Below, piece after piece: positions 9,539 through 18,569 of a DNA stretch of 64,000 bases (the stretch's first letter is position 1; every line of letters begins with the position of its first letter). A model generated the notes under the pieces. It was not told the DNA's origin. It saw only the letters and a program-made list of their open reading frames with translations, and made no database searches. This DNA is from Candidatus Babeliales bacterium (GTDB lineage Bacteria > Babelota > Babeliae > Babelales > Vermiphilaceae), in contig CAVUQO010000003.1 of assembly GCA_963743635.1 (NCBI GenBank), positions 352,001-416,000 of the forward strand, read 5' to 3'. A program made the position numbers and the translations under genes.

Positions 9539-10113
9539 GATCGTACTCTTTTATTTATGTGTAACTTTTTCATCATGAATAACCACATTGGTCTATCATG
9601 CTCTGGTTGGGAATACTGTTGTTTTTTATAAAAATGTTGGGCATCGGAGATACTATTGAGGTACATATAATCAATGTTATTCTGGATAGCGTTATCTTCA
9701 GCTTTTTTTAAAAGTAATGCACCCAATCCTTTACGCTGTTGCTTAGGATCAACAACGAGCCACTCTATTTTGGCGCCATTCATTTTGTTTAGTTCGATCG
9801 TTGAGGGGCAGTCAGGCATTTCATTATAAGCAACAGCGCGCGACTTCGCTTGATATATAATACAACCGAGGAGACAATCAGGACGATTTGAGCGTGTTTT
9901 GCGATAACTTCTAACCGCAACATCAATCCAATTTTTTCGGCAAGCTCTGTGACGAGTGACCGCGGCTGGTGGCGTTATCCAGGTAAATTCTTGCGTAAGA
10001 AGTTTGAGTACGGAGTCTTTATCTGTTTCATGATTAAATGACCTGATGCGCACATCTTCCATTGCATGCATCGATGCGCTGGTAAGAAGGAGTGTAATTA
10101 ATAACTTTTTCAT
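9535..10113 (-). CDS. Exported GNAT acetyltransferase (array member 1)
   Basis: SMHA|ME; acetyl-CoA motif VVDPKQQRKGLGALLL; AQHFYKKQQY. Confidence 0.88.
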   Translation of the reverse strand: MKKLLITLLLTSASMHAMEDVRIRSFNHETDKDSVLKLLTQEFTWITPPAAVTRHRACRKNWIDVAVRSYRKTRSNRPDCLLGCIIYQAKSRAVAYNEMPDCPSTIELNKMNGAKIEWLVVDPKQQRKGLGALLLKKAEDNAIQNNIDYMYLNSISDAQHFYKKQQYSQPEHDRPMWLFMMKKLHINKRVRS

Positions 10114-10117
10114 GATC

Positions 10118-10606
10118 TTACTCTTTACTAATAGTCTTGCGCATGTAAAAGGGTATCTCTGTGTCTTCATAAGCATATCCTAGCTGTTCATAAAAAGATT
10201 GCTTGCCATTGATAGGCTGAAGAAATAGGTGATGGTCTTTTTTAGATGTCTGTATTGATTTTTCAACATGTTGCATGAGTAATTGGCCGTATCCCTTACA
10301 TCGATATTCGCGTGCAACAGATACTGCTTTGATTTCAGTCTCCGTTATTGATGAGCGATCCGTTGTTTGATATACAATGGCTCCCAATACTCTGTCTTCG
10401 CGCTTAGCCCGTGGTTTGACAAGAACATTTATTGTTATGTTAGGGTTACTTAAAATGTTGATGTCAATTAATGATTTGAATAGATCGAGGGCATTGCTTT
10501 GTTTTGCGGGATCAAACGGCACAATGCGCACATCTTCCATTGCATGCATCGATGCGCTGGTAAGTAGGATGGTTAGTAAGGCAAAAAGAGATCGTTTAGT
10601 ATACAT
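10118..10606 (-). CDS. Exported GNAT acetyltransferase (member 2)
   Basis: SMHA|ME; VSVAREYRCKGYGQLLM; FYEQLGY. Confidence 0.9.
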   Translation of the reverse strand: MYTKRSLFALLTILLTSASMHAMEDVRIVPFDPAKQSNALDLFKSLIDINILSNPNITINVLVKPRAKREDRVLGAIVYQTTDRSSITETEIKAVSVAREYRCKGYGQLLMQHVEKSIQTSKKDHHLFLQPINGKQSFYEQLGYAYEDTEIPFYMRKTISKE

Positions 10607-10619
10607 ATAAATTCCTTTC

Positions 10620-11279
10620 TTAGATTAAAAATTTAGTAAAGTGAAGACCTATGCCTTTGTTTTTGTTTTCTGTGCGGTCGTCTTTCACTTGCTTAAGCAT
10701 ATCTTGCATGTCTTCATTCATAGGGAGTGCCATCGAATCATGGGTTGTAGCATCGGCAGTGGTTTTAAAATATCCATGTTTTTCATAGAATGATCGAGTT
10801 CTATTAATTGCAACGAGGGCGATAATGTCTTGATCGGTCTTCTGCGCTACTTGCCCAATATGATTCAATAATCGTTGTCCAAATCCGTGTCCAGCACGCT
10901 TGTTAGTTTTGCGAAATTTATTAGCTATGGCCAGATAATCGAGCCGTAAAATATTAAGATAAGCTGATGAGTGTTTATATCTTCGTATGTCTGAAAAAGC
11001 TGCTTTATGCGGTATTGTTTCATTGTTCCAGATCGCAAAGCCAGCCGGTTTTTTTAGATATTCTAACACGGCGATTTTTGTTTCCGGATGATCTGTAGGT
11101 TTTGTAAGTTCTGAAGGGGGTTCTTCAGCATCAGGAAATGCGTTTAAGAAGATAGCTGAAACTTTTTTACCATGGGTCACGGGATTATAATCCACAATGC
11201 GTATCGCATCCTGATCCATTGCATGCAGCGAAGCACTGGCAAGAAAGAGAGCGAGTAGGTAGGAGTGTATTAATTTCAT
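10620..11279 (-). CDS. Exported GNAT acetyltransferase (member 3)
   Basis: SLHA|MD; LAIANKFR..AGHGFGQRLL; FYEKHGY. Confidence 0.88.
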   Translation of the reverse strand: MKLIHSYLLALFLASASLHAMDQDAIRIVDYNPVTHGKKVSAIFLNAFPDAEEPPSELTKPTDHPETKIAVLEYLKKPAGFAIWNNETIPHKAAFSDIRRYKHSSAYLNILRLDYLAIANKFRKTNKRAGHGFGQRLLNHIGQVAQKTDQDIIALVAINRTRSFYEKHGYFKTTADATTHDSMALPMNEDMQDMLKQVKDDRTENKNKGIGLHFTKFLI

Positions 11280-11291
11280 CCTTTGTCCTTG

Positions 11292-11942
11292 TTAAATGAA
11301 ATTTTTATTTAACAAGGTGGATTTTTGCTGTTCATAGTTTTCTTCACGTTTGGCGATTACCTCACGTAATATCTCTTTCATAGTATCATTCAGCGGCAGT
11401 GCCATGCGGTCTATTGAGAGTTGGCGAGGCAGAGTGTTGATGAAACCATTCTTTTCATAAAAAGGTCGCGAACCATAAGCTGCATGGAGGGATATGACAT
11501 CAGTCTCATATTCGTTCGCTTTTTCTCTAATGTAGTGTAATAAAGAAGAGCCAAGGCCCTTGCCTGCTCTGGTGTCAGTGTGGCGATGATTCTTGTGTAT
11601 TGCGATATGGAGGATCCGTACTATGTTAAAGTGTGTACGATTGTGGGTAGGATTATATATATCATTGAAGGCTTGATGCTTGGTCAATATTTCCCTTTCC
11701 CAGATTGCAAAACCAACGGTTTTCCCGTTCTCTTTCAGCACCGTTATATGCGCGTTGAGAGAAGTTGGCGTATTAATGAATACTGGATCAAGATCTGCGC
11801 CGCCAAATGCCTCTGAAAAGATATTTTGAACTTTGAGGGCATATTTTTGTGTAGGATCGTATTCAATATAGGTGAGATCTTTATGCTCCATTGCATGCAG
11901 CGATGCGCTGGCAAGAAGGAGAGTGAGTAATAATTTTTTCAT
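11292..11942 (-). CDS. Exported GNAT acetyltransferase (member 4, paralog of member 3)
   Basis: SLHA|ME; IAIHKNHR..AGKGLGSSLL; FYEKNGF. Confidence 0.88.
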   Translation of the reverse strand: MKKLLLTLLLASASLHAMEHKDLTYIEYDPTQKYALKVQNIFSEAFGGADLDPVFINTPTSLNAHITVLKENGKTVGFAIWEREILTKHQAFNDIYNPTHNRTHFNIVRILHIAIHKNHRHTDTRAGKGLGSSLLHYIREKANEYETDVISLHAAYGSRPFYEKNGFINTLPRQLSIDRMALPLNDTMKEILREVIAKREENYEQQKSTLLNKNFI

Positions 11943-12463
11943 GAGATTTTCCTTTTTTCTGTTGTTATATCGCTATCACGATTGAGATATTTTATCATGG
12001 TTAAAGATTCCGGCGCTTTCTCTCTGAATGCGAGCTTTTTTGTATAAAATTTTTTCGATTCTGGAGTAGCATTTATTTCTATTAAATCGATGTTATTTCT
12101 TGCCTGTACACCATCTATAAGCATCTGCACGAGGTTGGTGCCATAACCCTTAGATCGCATTGATTCAACGATAGCAAGGTTATATACATGGCGCTTTATG
12201 CGATTATTTGCAGTAAGAAAATCCCGAAAAATGGCAAATCCAATAAACGTATTATTGAGTAATAATGCGCAATTGCTGCTTTTTTGATCGTATAAGGCGT
12301 CTGACGCACTGCCATCAAATGTGCTACGATATAATTCTTCCGCTGCATGCCCATGGACCGCTTTATTAAGCGCGACGAGTTGAAGGTCATCAGGATTACT
12401 CCAGAGTGATGTGCTGCTCAGCAATAGAAGCGGTAATAATATATTAATCCTGAGAAGAGTCAT
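11939..12463 (-). CDS. Exported GNAT acetyltransferase (member 5)
   Basis: Hydrophobic leader; LAIVESMRSKGYGTNLV; KKFYTKKLAF. Confidence 0.87.
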   Translation of the reverse strand: MTLLRINILLPLLLLSSTSLWSNPDDLQLVALNKAVHGHAAEELYRSTFDGSASDALYDQKSSNCALLLNNTFIGFAIFRDFLTANNRIKRHVYNLAIVESMRSKGYGTNLVQMLIDGVQARNNIDLIEINATPESKKFYTKKLAFREKAPESLTMIKYLNRDSDITTEKRKIS

Positions 12464-12468
12464 AAGGT

Positions 12469-13074
12469 TTACTTCTTGCACCGTTTAAATGGATTAATGC
12501 TATCGATTATTCGTCTAGAAAATGAAGGAGTAAGATTTTTTATCATGATGGTTGAATCATTGGCGTCAATATAGGTGAAATTGCGTAACTCAAATGAGTG
12601 TTTTGATTCATCCCTTGTCCATGTAGACATGCGCATAATGTGCATTTCAGCAGCCGTTTCTTCCAGACATTGTATGGCCTTAGGCTCATATCTTTCATAT
12701 CCTTCTGTCATGATAAGATCATCGATCTTGAAAAGTTCTGTATTGGCGCGGCGCGTGCGTTGGCGGCTATAGAGTGCGATTCCTGCTATTTCGTTATTCA
12801 CTAGAAACACCGTTGCTGTTTGCTGACCAATGCGGTCATTGTGAGACGCCAGAGGATCAGTCGTTCCTTCCAAGGCGCTCGGCATGAGCTGACTTATTCT
12901 AGATTGCGGAGCATCGGCAGGGATCCTGGCAGCCGTAAACATTGCTTGTGCTTGCTCAGCATGGCTTGCAGGATTGAAAGGCACCATAGTGAGTTTCTGC
13001 GTGCATCCCATGAGAGAAATGCCGCTGGTAATTGCGATCAGCGCAATGAATATATTATTTTTTAAGGTCTTCAT
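12469..13074 (-). CDS. Divergent GNAT-fold lipoprotein (member 6)
   Basis: Lipobox-like LMGC; shares MVPFNP and IAGIALY elements; CoA motif degenerate (EGYERYEPKAI). Confidence 0.7.
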   Translation of the reverse strand: MKTLKNNIFIALIAITSGISLMGCTQKLTMVPFNPASHAEQAQAMFTAARIPADAPQSRISQLMPSALEGTTDPLASHNDRIGQQTATVFLVNNEIAGIALYSRQRTRRANTELFKIDDLIMTEGYERYEPKAIQCLEETAAEMHIMRMSTWTRDESKHSFELRNFTYIDANDSTIMIKNLTPSFSRRIIDSINPFKRCKK

Positions 13075-13091
13075 AGTGTTGTTCTCCATTT

Positions 13092-13658
13092 TTAGTTATC
13101 AAAAATATTATTGATGTAATTATCAAATACAATGAGTGTGGGCTCGGAGGTAATATGCTTATACATATGGCTCCTGAATGGCCCCATACGTTTGAAGCCA
13201 AGCTTCGCATAAAAATTAATAGCATTGCCTGTCGATAGTACGGTGAGAGCTTTTATGCCGGAATCACGCGCTTGCTGTTCTATCTGAGCCATAAAATATG
13301 CAGCATAATGCAATCCGCGATACGCTTTATGTATGATTAGATAGTCGATATTACGCTTTAGTTCTTCAGAATCGGTATAAATTAGGGTTCCTACTGCAGT
13401 ATCATGAGCTAATAAAATTTTTATGATTCGGTTGGAGCGCAGGGAGGCTAAGATAAAATCAAATGAGGTATTGAAAAAGTCTTTTTTGAATAGATCACGC
13501 ATATACGGTAGATGTGTTTCTTCAAAGGGCACAGCCTTGAGAGTGAATGACTGGTGGATAGCCGCAAGCTCTCGATACATCTGTTCAGGATTCGGGCTCA
13601 TAGCTTGAATAGCTATAGTCTGTGCTATAATTGCTAATCCAATTAATAATTTCTTCAT
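13092..13658 (-). CDS. Exported GNAT acetyltransferase (member 7)
   Basis: AIQA|MS; LIIHKAYRGLHYA; AINFYAKLGF. Confidence 0.88.
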   Translation of the reverse strand: MKKLLIGLAIIAQTIAIQAMSPNPEQMYRELAAIHQSFTLKAVPFEETHLPYMRDLFKKDFFNTSFDFILASLRSNRIIKILLAHDTAVGTLIYTDSEELKRNIDYLIIHKAYRGLHYAAYFMAQIEQQARDSGIKALTVLSTGNAINFYAKLGFKRMGPFRSHMYKHITSEPTLIVFDNYINNIFDN

Positions 13659-13841
13659 GTATTACCTCCTATTCCAGGTCAAAAAAAACCTTTGTTTACA
13701 ATACAATATTAACATTTATTGAATATATTGCAAGCGGGTTATTTTCTATCTGTCACTAGCAGAGAGGTGGCTTTTTGCAGGTTCGTGAACCTGGGCCAAT
13801 AAGGTCTAGGGGAAACAAAAAGGAGAAAATAGAGACTGCTT

Positions 13842-14429
13842 TTAGGCGAGTTGAGGAATGCATTGAAGATTATTGGCCGGAATCGCATCAAGAGCTTGAA
13901 AAGGTTCAAGATTCTTAACCATATAATTTGAATAAGAGCTTGTCGCCTCAAAGCCGAGTCTGGTATAGAACGGCGTAGCGCGTGATACCGCGTTTAAAGA
14001 GATGCTGGTTATTCCTTGGCTGCGGGATAATGCTTCAAATTGCTGCATAAAATGGGTTCCGAGCTTGTGATTGTGATAATCGGGATCTATAGCCAATAGA
14101 TTGACGTAGCGCATAACCTGGCCATTTTGATTGATTTCGTCTTGGTACTTGATAAAGCCAATGACAACGCCATTAAACATCAAGACGTGGGCTGAGGGAT
14201 TGCCCTTGCCGCATAGGAGTGGGGTGGTAACGTACTCAGGAGGCACGCTGAAGGCCCTTGAATAGATTGATTTTGCCTGTTTGCCATGTTTGGCTTCTAC
14301 AAAAGGCACAACTTTAAGATCTAAGCCTTGTTTTACCGTAAAGTTGGCTGTTTGCTGATCCGCGCAAAGAGGTGCGCTGCCAGCCAAAATGAAGAGTAGC
14401 GCAAAGAGTCTACTTCTGAAAATATTCAT
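13842..14429 (-). CDS. Exported GNAT acetyltransferase (member 8)
   Basis: Leader ...APLCA; LAIDPDYHNHKLGTHFM; ATPFYTRLGF. Confidence 0.88.
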   Translation of the reverse strand: MNIFRSRLFALLFILAGSAPLCADQQTANFTVKQGLDLKVVPFVEAKHGKQAKSIYSRAFSVPPEYVTTPLLCGKGNPSAHVLMFNGVVIGFIKYQDEINQNGQVMRYVNLLAIDPDYHNHKLGTHFMQQFEALSRSQGITSISLNAVSRATPFYTRLGFEATSSYSNYMVKNLEPFQALDAIPANNLQCIPQLA

Positions 14430-14544
14430 GAAATTCCCTAAAATCCCATAAGATTGATGTTCCCTAACAATCTTTAGAATATATAAATTATAGGAAAGAG
14501 CAAAGTTCTTATTGGCTGTTTATGGCGTATTTAAGGGCTTTTAT

Positions 14545-14629
14545 GGGTGTTGCAGGGATGCAGAGACTATGTCTATTGCAGCTTTTCCCAAGCCGCCAGC
14601 CTCACTCAGTTCCTTGCGCAGGGTGTTAA
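14545..14629. repeat. Direct-repeat copy of the ABC-F 3' end (other copy 15352-15443)
   Basis: 14557-14629 matches 15369-15443 except a 2-nt deletion. Confidence 0.9.
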
Positions 14630-14634
14630 TATTA

Positions 14635-15279
14635 TCATATCTTATTGGCTTTGATCTCTTTAATGAGAGAATTGCAGAATAAATCACTGCATTGGTAGTC
14701 ATTTCTTCGATAGAAATTTTTAGGCCTATCGAGAGATACTAAAGAGACGGTAGATACACCATCTTCAGCGGCTAGATCCTCAAATTCTTTTAATGCCTGA
14801 GTGCCAATGCCATTGCCACGATAGTGAGCCCCTACTGAAAAATAACAGAGATGACGGATCTTGTGATATTTTAGGGGTAACTCCTTGCCATAAAACCATT
14901 TATGCGTGAGATAATAGAATAAATCCACCGTCGTATAATCATAAACTGTATCATCTTTATAAATCATAGAGCCCATTACAGTATTATTTGAGACTATGGC
15001 GAATGCTTTGTGGGTCTTTTCTTTCCCATACGGTTCACCCCCGTTTAGCACAGAAGGCACACAATAGGAGGGGAATGCCTCAGCCCAAATCTTAGATGCT
15101 TTCTCTCCATGTTTTGCATGGTTAAAAGCTACCAATTTGGGTTGGTTACGTTGGTTAATTGATTGGTTAATTGATTGGTTAATTGATTGTGCTAAAAATG
15201 ATTGAAACATGCCAAAAGCAGGTACATAGCCTGCGAAGGCCATGGCCATAGCAAAAAATGCTTTTTTGATTCTATTCAT
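14635..15279 (-). CDS. Exported GNAT acetyltransferase (member 9)
   Basis: PAFG|MF; FSVGAHYRGNGIGTQAL; NFYRRNDY; (SINQ)3 tandem repeat. Confidence 0.88.
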   Translation of the reverse strand: MNRIKKAFFAMAMAFAGYVPAFGMFQSFLAQSINQSINQSINQRNQPKLVAFNHAKHGEKASKIWAEAFPSYCVPSVLNGGEPYGKEKTHKAFAIVSNNTVMGSMIYKDDTVYDYTTVDLFYYLTHKWFYGKELPLKYHKIRHLCYFSVGAHYRGNGIGTQALKEFEDLAAEDGVSTVSLVSLDRPKNFYRRNDYQCSDLFCNSLIKEIKANKI

Positions 15280-15384
15280 ACATTGTCCCTTTTTTATTAC
15301 AGTTCCTTTAATTACATATAGAATACCATGTGTATAAAGGCTTGTAAAAAGGGGTATTGCAGGGATGAGATGCAGAGACTATGT

Positions 15385-17249
15385 CTATTGCAGCTTTTCC
15401 CAAGCCGCCATTGCCTCACTCAGTTCCTTGCGCAGGGTGTTAAATTTAGTCTGAGCAGTATCAAATTCAGGGGTACCGTATTCAAGATCAGCAAACTGCA
15501 GGCCGACTTGGGCTATCTGTTGCTCATATTTTTCGATTTTACGCTCAAGCAGTCGGAGTTCCCTTTTCTGATCGTCAGCTTTGTCATCCGTATCTGGAGC
15601 AGCTGAAGCTGTTTTTGCCGCTGATGTTTTCTTTTCTTTTGGTTCAGTCAGATTAGCGAGGCATTCTTTTTGATAGCCAAAATCATCATAATTGCCGTGA
15701 TAGATATGAGTGCCTTCTGGTGTCAGTTCCATAACGTGGGTAGCCAGGTCATTGATAAAATCCCGATCATGCGAAACGAAAAGCATGGTGCCTTCATAAC
15801 TTTGCAATGCCTTCAATAACACTTGCTTAGCGAAGATATCAAGATGGTTAGTCGGTTCATCAAGCAGGAGTAGGTTTGCTTGTTGGAGCAATACGCTGGT
15901 CATACCAACTCTATTTTTTTCACCACCACTGAGAACTTTTACTTTTTTATTCACATCATCATTGCTAAAAAGCATGGCGCCGAGCATGGTGCGTGCTGAT
16001 TGTTGGGTGGCGCTTGGGCAACGCAACAATATGTTCTCAATGACTGTTTTATTGCCATCAAGTGCACGGGTTTGATCTTGGTCGAAAATTGTATGATGTA
16101 CCTTCTCGCCAAAGGTTATGGTGCCAGATTGGCAGGGCAATGAGCCGGTAATCATATTAAATAACGTGGTTTTACCGACGCCATTGGGCGCAACTAATGC
16201 AACTTTTTGTCCACGTTCAATGGTGAATGAAACATTCTTAAAGATCTCACGTTTGCCAAAATGTTGGCTTACATTGTTCACCGTCAACACAGTACGCGCC
16301 GGAACGTTGCGTCGGAGGAAAGGTGAAATGACATTGTGCGCGGTGATGGCGGCAATACGATCAGTTCCATTTTCTCAAGCTGTTTTATCATACTTTGTGC
16401 CATCTTTGCTTTGGAGGCAGATGCGCGAAAGCGGTTGATCGTTTCTTTTTTTTGTTTGATATCTTTTTGTTGCTCGTTATACGCCTGTTCAAGTAAGGCA
16501 GTACGTGCTTCTTTTTGCTCTTCATAATCAGCATAACTGCCGGTATACATCATGCCATTACCCAGCTCAAGCTCGTAAATATGAGAACAAAGCTCATTAA
16601 GGAGGTAGCGTTCATGGCAGACAATCATAAAGCCAAACGATGCTTGATGCAGAAAATTTAAAAACCATTCTTTTGCAAAGATATCCAAGTGGTTGGTAGG
16701 TTCGTCAAACAGGTAAAAATCAGCCTCTTCAAGAAGGAGTTTGGCAAGAACGATTCGCATTTTCCAGCCGACGCTCAAATGCTGTACAGGCTCATGAAAG
16801 CGACTTTTATCAAAACCAAGACCTTGCAAAATGCGTTCTGCATGCGCACGCTTTTGTTCTGGATTGAGTTGCAAGAGCCGTTCATGAATATCAGCATAAC
16901 GGTTAAGATGGTCATGAACCGGATCGGTTTCAATTTTTTTCTCTAGGATTTCAGCTTCAAGCTGCAAAGCGGCGATTTCGGTAAATACGCTGAGCGCTTC
17001 ATCTAATATGCTTTTATCCGAATCCAAGACCACTTCTTGAGGCATATATGCAATTTTTTTGTTACTCAGTATGGTAATAGCGCCGCTATCAAGCATTTGT
17101 GGATGATGAATAGCTTTGAGCAGCGTTGATTTGCCCGATCCATTACGGCCAACAAGCCCGACCCGTTGGGATGCATCCACGGTGAAGGAAATGTTGTTAA
17201 AGATTGGTTGTGTGCCGAATGTTAAAGTAACGTTTTTTGCATATATCAT
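15385..17249 (-). CDS. ABC-F family ATPase (Uup/YheS-like), frameshifted near 16290-16330
   Basis: GRNGSGKST, LSVGW, DEPTNHLD in 16284..17291; APNGVGKTT, LSGGEKNR, DEPTNHLD in 15385..16290; removing two single bases restores MSFTFPPTQRSGRTVLTV. Confidence 0.9.
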
Positions 17250-17403
17250 GCTCTTATATCCTTGGTAAATGAAGCGTATGAGGAAAGCCAAGCTGTGAAT
17301 GATGACAATTTCCGGACAAACAGATTGTTTGCATAGAAAAATGTAATTGTTTTGTTAAGCTTACAGACTGTAGTATTTGTTATACGCATACTCTAGGATT
17401 TAA

Positions 17404-18408
17404 ATGTACCGTAAAAGAGCCCTTTTGGCTATCATATGCTTAGTTCCTGCTCTCACGCAGGCGAATCTTTTCTTTATTAGCCCCGTAGGGTATGTGATTC
17501 AAAAAATAGTGGACCGCAGGCACAGGCCGCAGAATGACCCTCATTGGGATAGCTTTGATCCTGAATCACGAGAAGGGAAAACAAGAAATGCTGGAGGCGT
17601 AGATTTAAACGATCAAGCTCAAGACGATCAGGTCGTAGGAACTATTCCCAATGAAATTGAGGACATTCTCGAGTTTTTACGCAATCCAGAGCAGTTTCGC
17701 AAATTTGGGGTGAAAATGCCAAAAGGTGTACTCTTAGTCGGGCCTCCGGGAACCGGAAAAACGTCCACCGCGCGTGAATTAGCGCGTAAAGCGGGGGCAT
17801 TTTTTATCAACGCCACCGGTTCAGAGTTTGTAAATACGTATGTCGGCGTCGGCGCTGCAAACGTCAGAAAGCTTTTTGAACGAGCTCGTAATGTTCTGAA
17901 AGAGGGCAAATATAAGTCGGTTATTATCTTTATCGATGAAATTGATGCGCTCGGCGCAGCGCGTTCTGATCGAGCAGATGGCGGCAATAGTGAATATAAT
18001 CAAACCGTTAATCAGTTGCTCAGTGAACTCGATGGCTTTAAGCGCGAAGAAAATATACTGGTTCTTGCGGCAACAAACTTTGAAGATTCACTTGATCAAG
18101 CATTATTGCGCCCTGGCCGTTTTGATAGACGGGCTTATTTTAAGTTGCCGGGCCTCGAAGATCGATTAACTATCTTAAAGCATTATTGCAAAAATCGTCC
18201 GGTCGATGAGGCGGTTGATTTGGCGAACATCGCCCAAAGAACCGATCATATGAGCGGTGCAGATCTTAAGAATATCGTCAATGAAGCTTCGATTGAAGCT
18301 GCGCGCGAGAAGGGCAGTACGGTGATTACTCCTCAGCATTTTGAGGTTGCAGTACAAAAAGCAGAACAGCGCAGAAACGCTCAATTACGCTCACTCTTTA
18401 GACGATGA
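17404..18408 (+). CDS. AAA+ ATPase (FtsH/CDC48-like module, no protease domain) with signal-like leader
   Basis: GPPGTGKT, FIDEIDA, pore loop YVG, SRH AATN..LDQALLRPGRFDR; no HExxH domain. Confidence 0.9.
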   Translation: MYRKRALLAIICLVPALTQANLFFISPVGYVIQKIVDRRHRPQNDPHWDSFDPESREGKTRNAGGVDLNDQAQDDQVVGTIPNEIEDILEFLRNPEQFRKFGVKMPKGVLLVGPPGTGKTSTARELARKAGAFFINATGSEFVNTYVGVGAANVRKLFERARNVLKEGKYKSVIIFIDEIDALGAARSDRADGGNSEYNQTVNQLLSELDGFKREENILVLAATNFEDSLDQALLRPGRFDRRAYFKLPGLEDRLTILKHYCKNRPVDEAVDLANIAQRTDHMSGADLKNIVNEASIEAAREKGSTVITPQHFEVAVQKAEQRRNAQLRSLFRR

Positions 18409-18546
18409 TGCATCATTGTGATCTTCATGCTTATCGACGCGCGCTTGTTCAATGGCACGCTTGATATCAGCGGCGAACAAGCCTCGGAGGTAATCATTAT
18501 AGAGGACCTTTTTTGTTGATTGATAATCAAACAGAAGTGTATCCAT
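18391..18546 (-). pseudogene. Possible AAA lid-domain remnant (51 aa)
   Basis: MDTLLFDY...GLFAADIKRAIEQAR resembles the lid MSGADLKNIVNEA of the neighbouring AAA. Confidence 0.3.
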
Positions 18547-18569
18547 CCATTGTCAAAAATTAAAGAAAT

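Noticed and set aside
9535..15279. Integron cassette array or GNAT toxin-antitoxin modules
   Set aside because: No attC-like sites, integron integrase or RHH antitoxin genes; genes are translationally coupled and carry export leaders.
16284..16330. Split ABC-F gene
   Set aside because: Removing two single bases restores a typical linker; no clear slippery site or stimulatory structure.
16717..16729. AAATCAGCCTCT match to the 15-bp repeat
   Set aside because: Short, inside the ABC-F coding sequence; probably chance.
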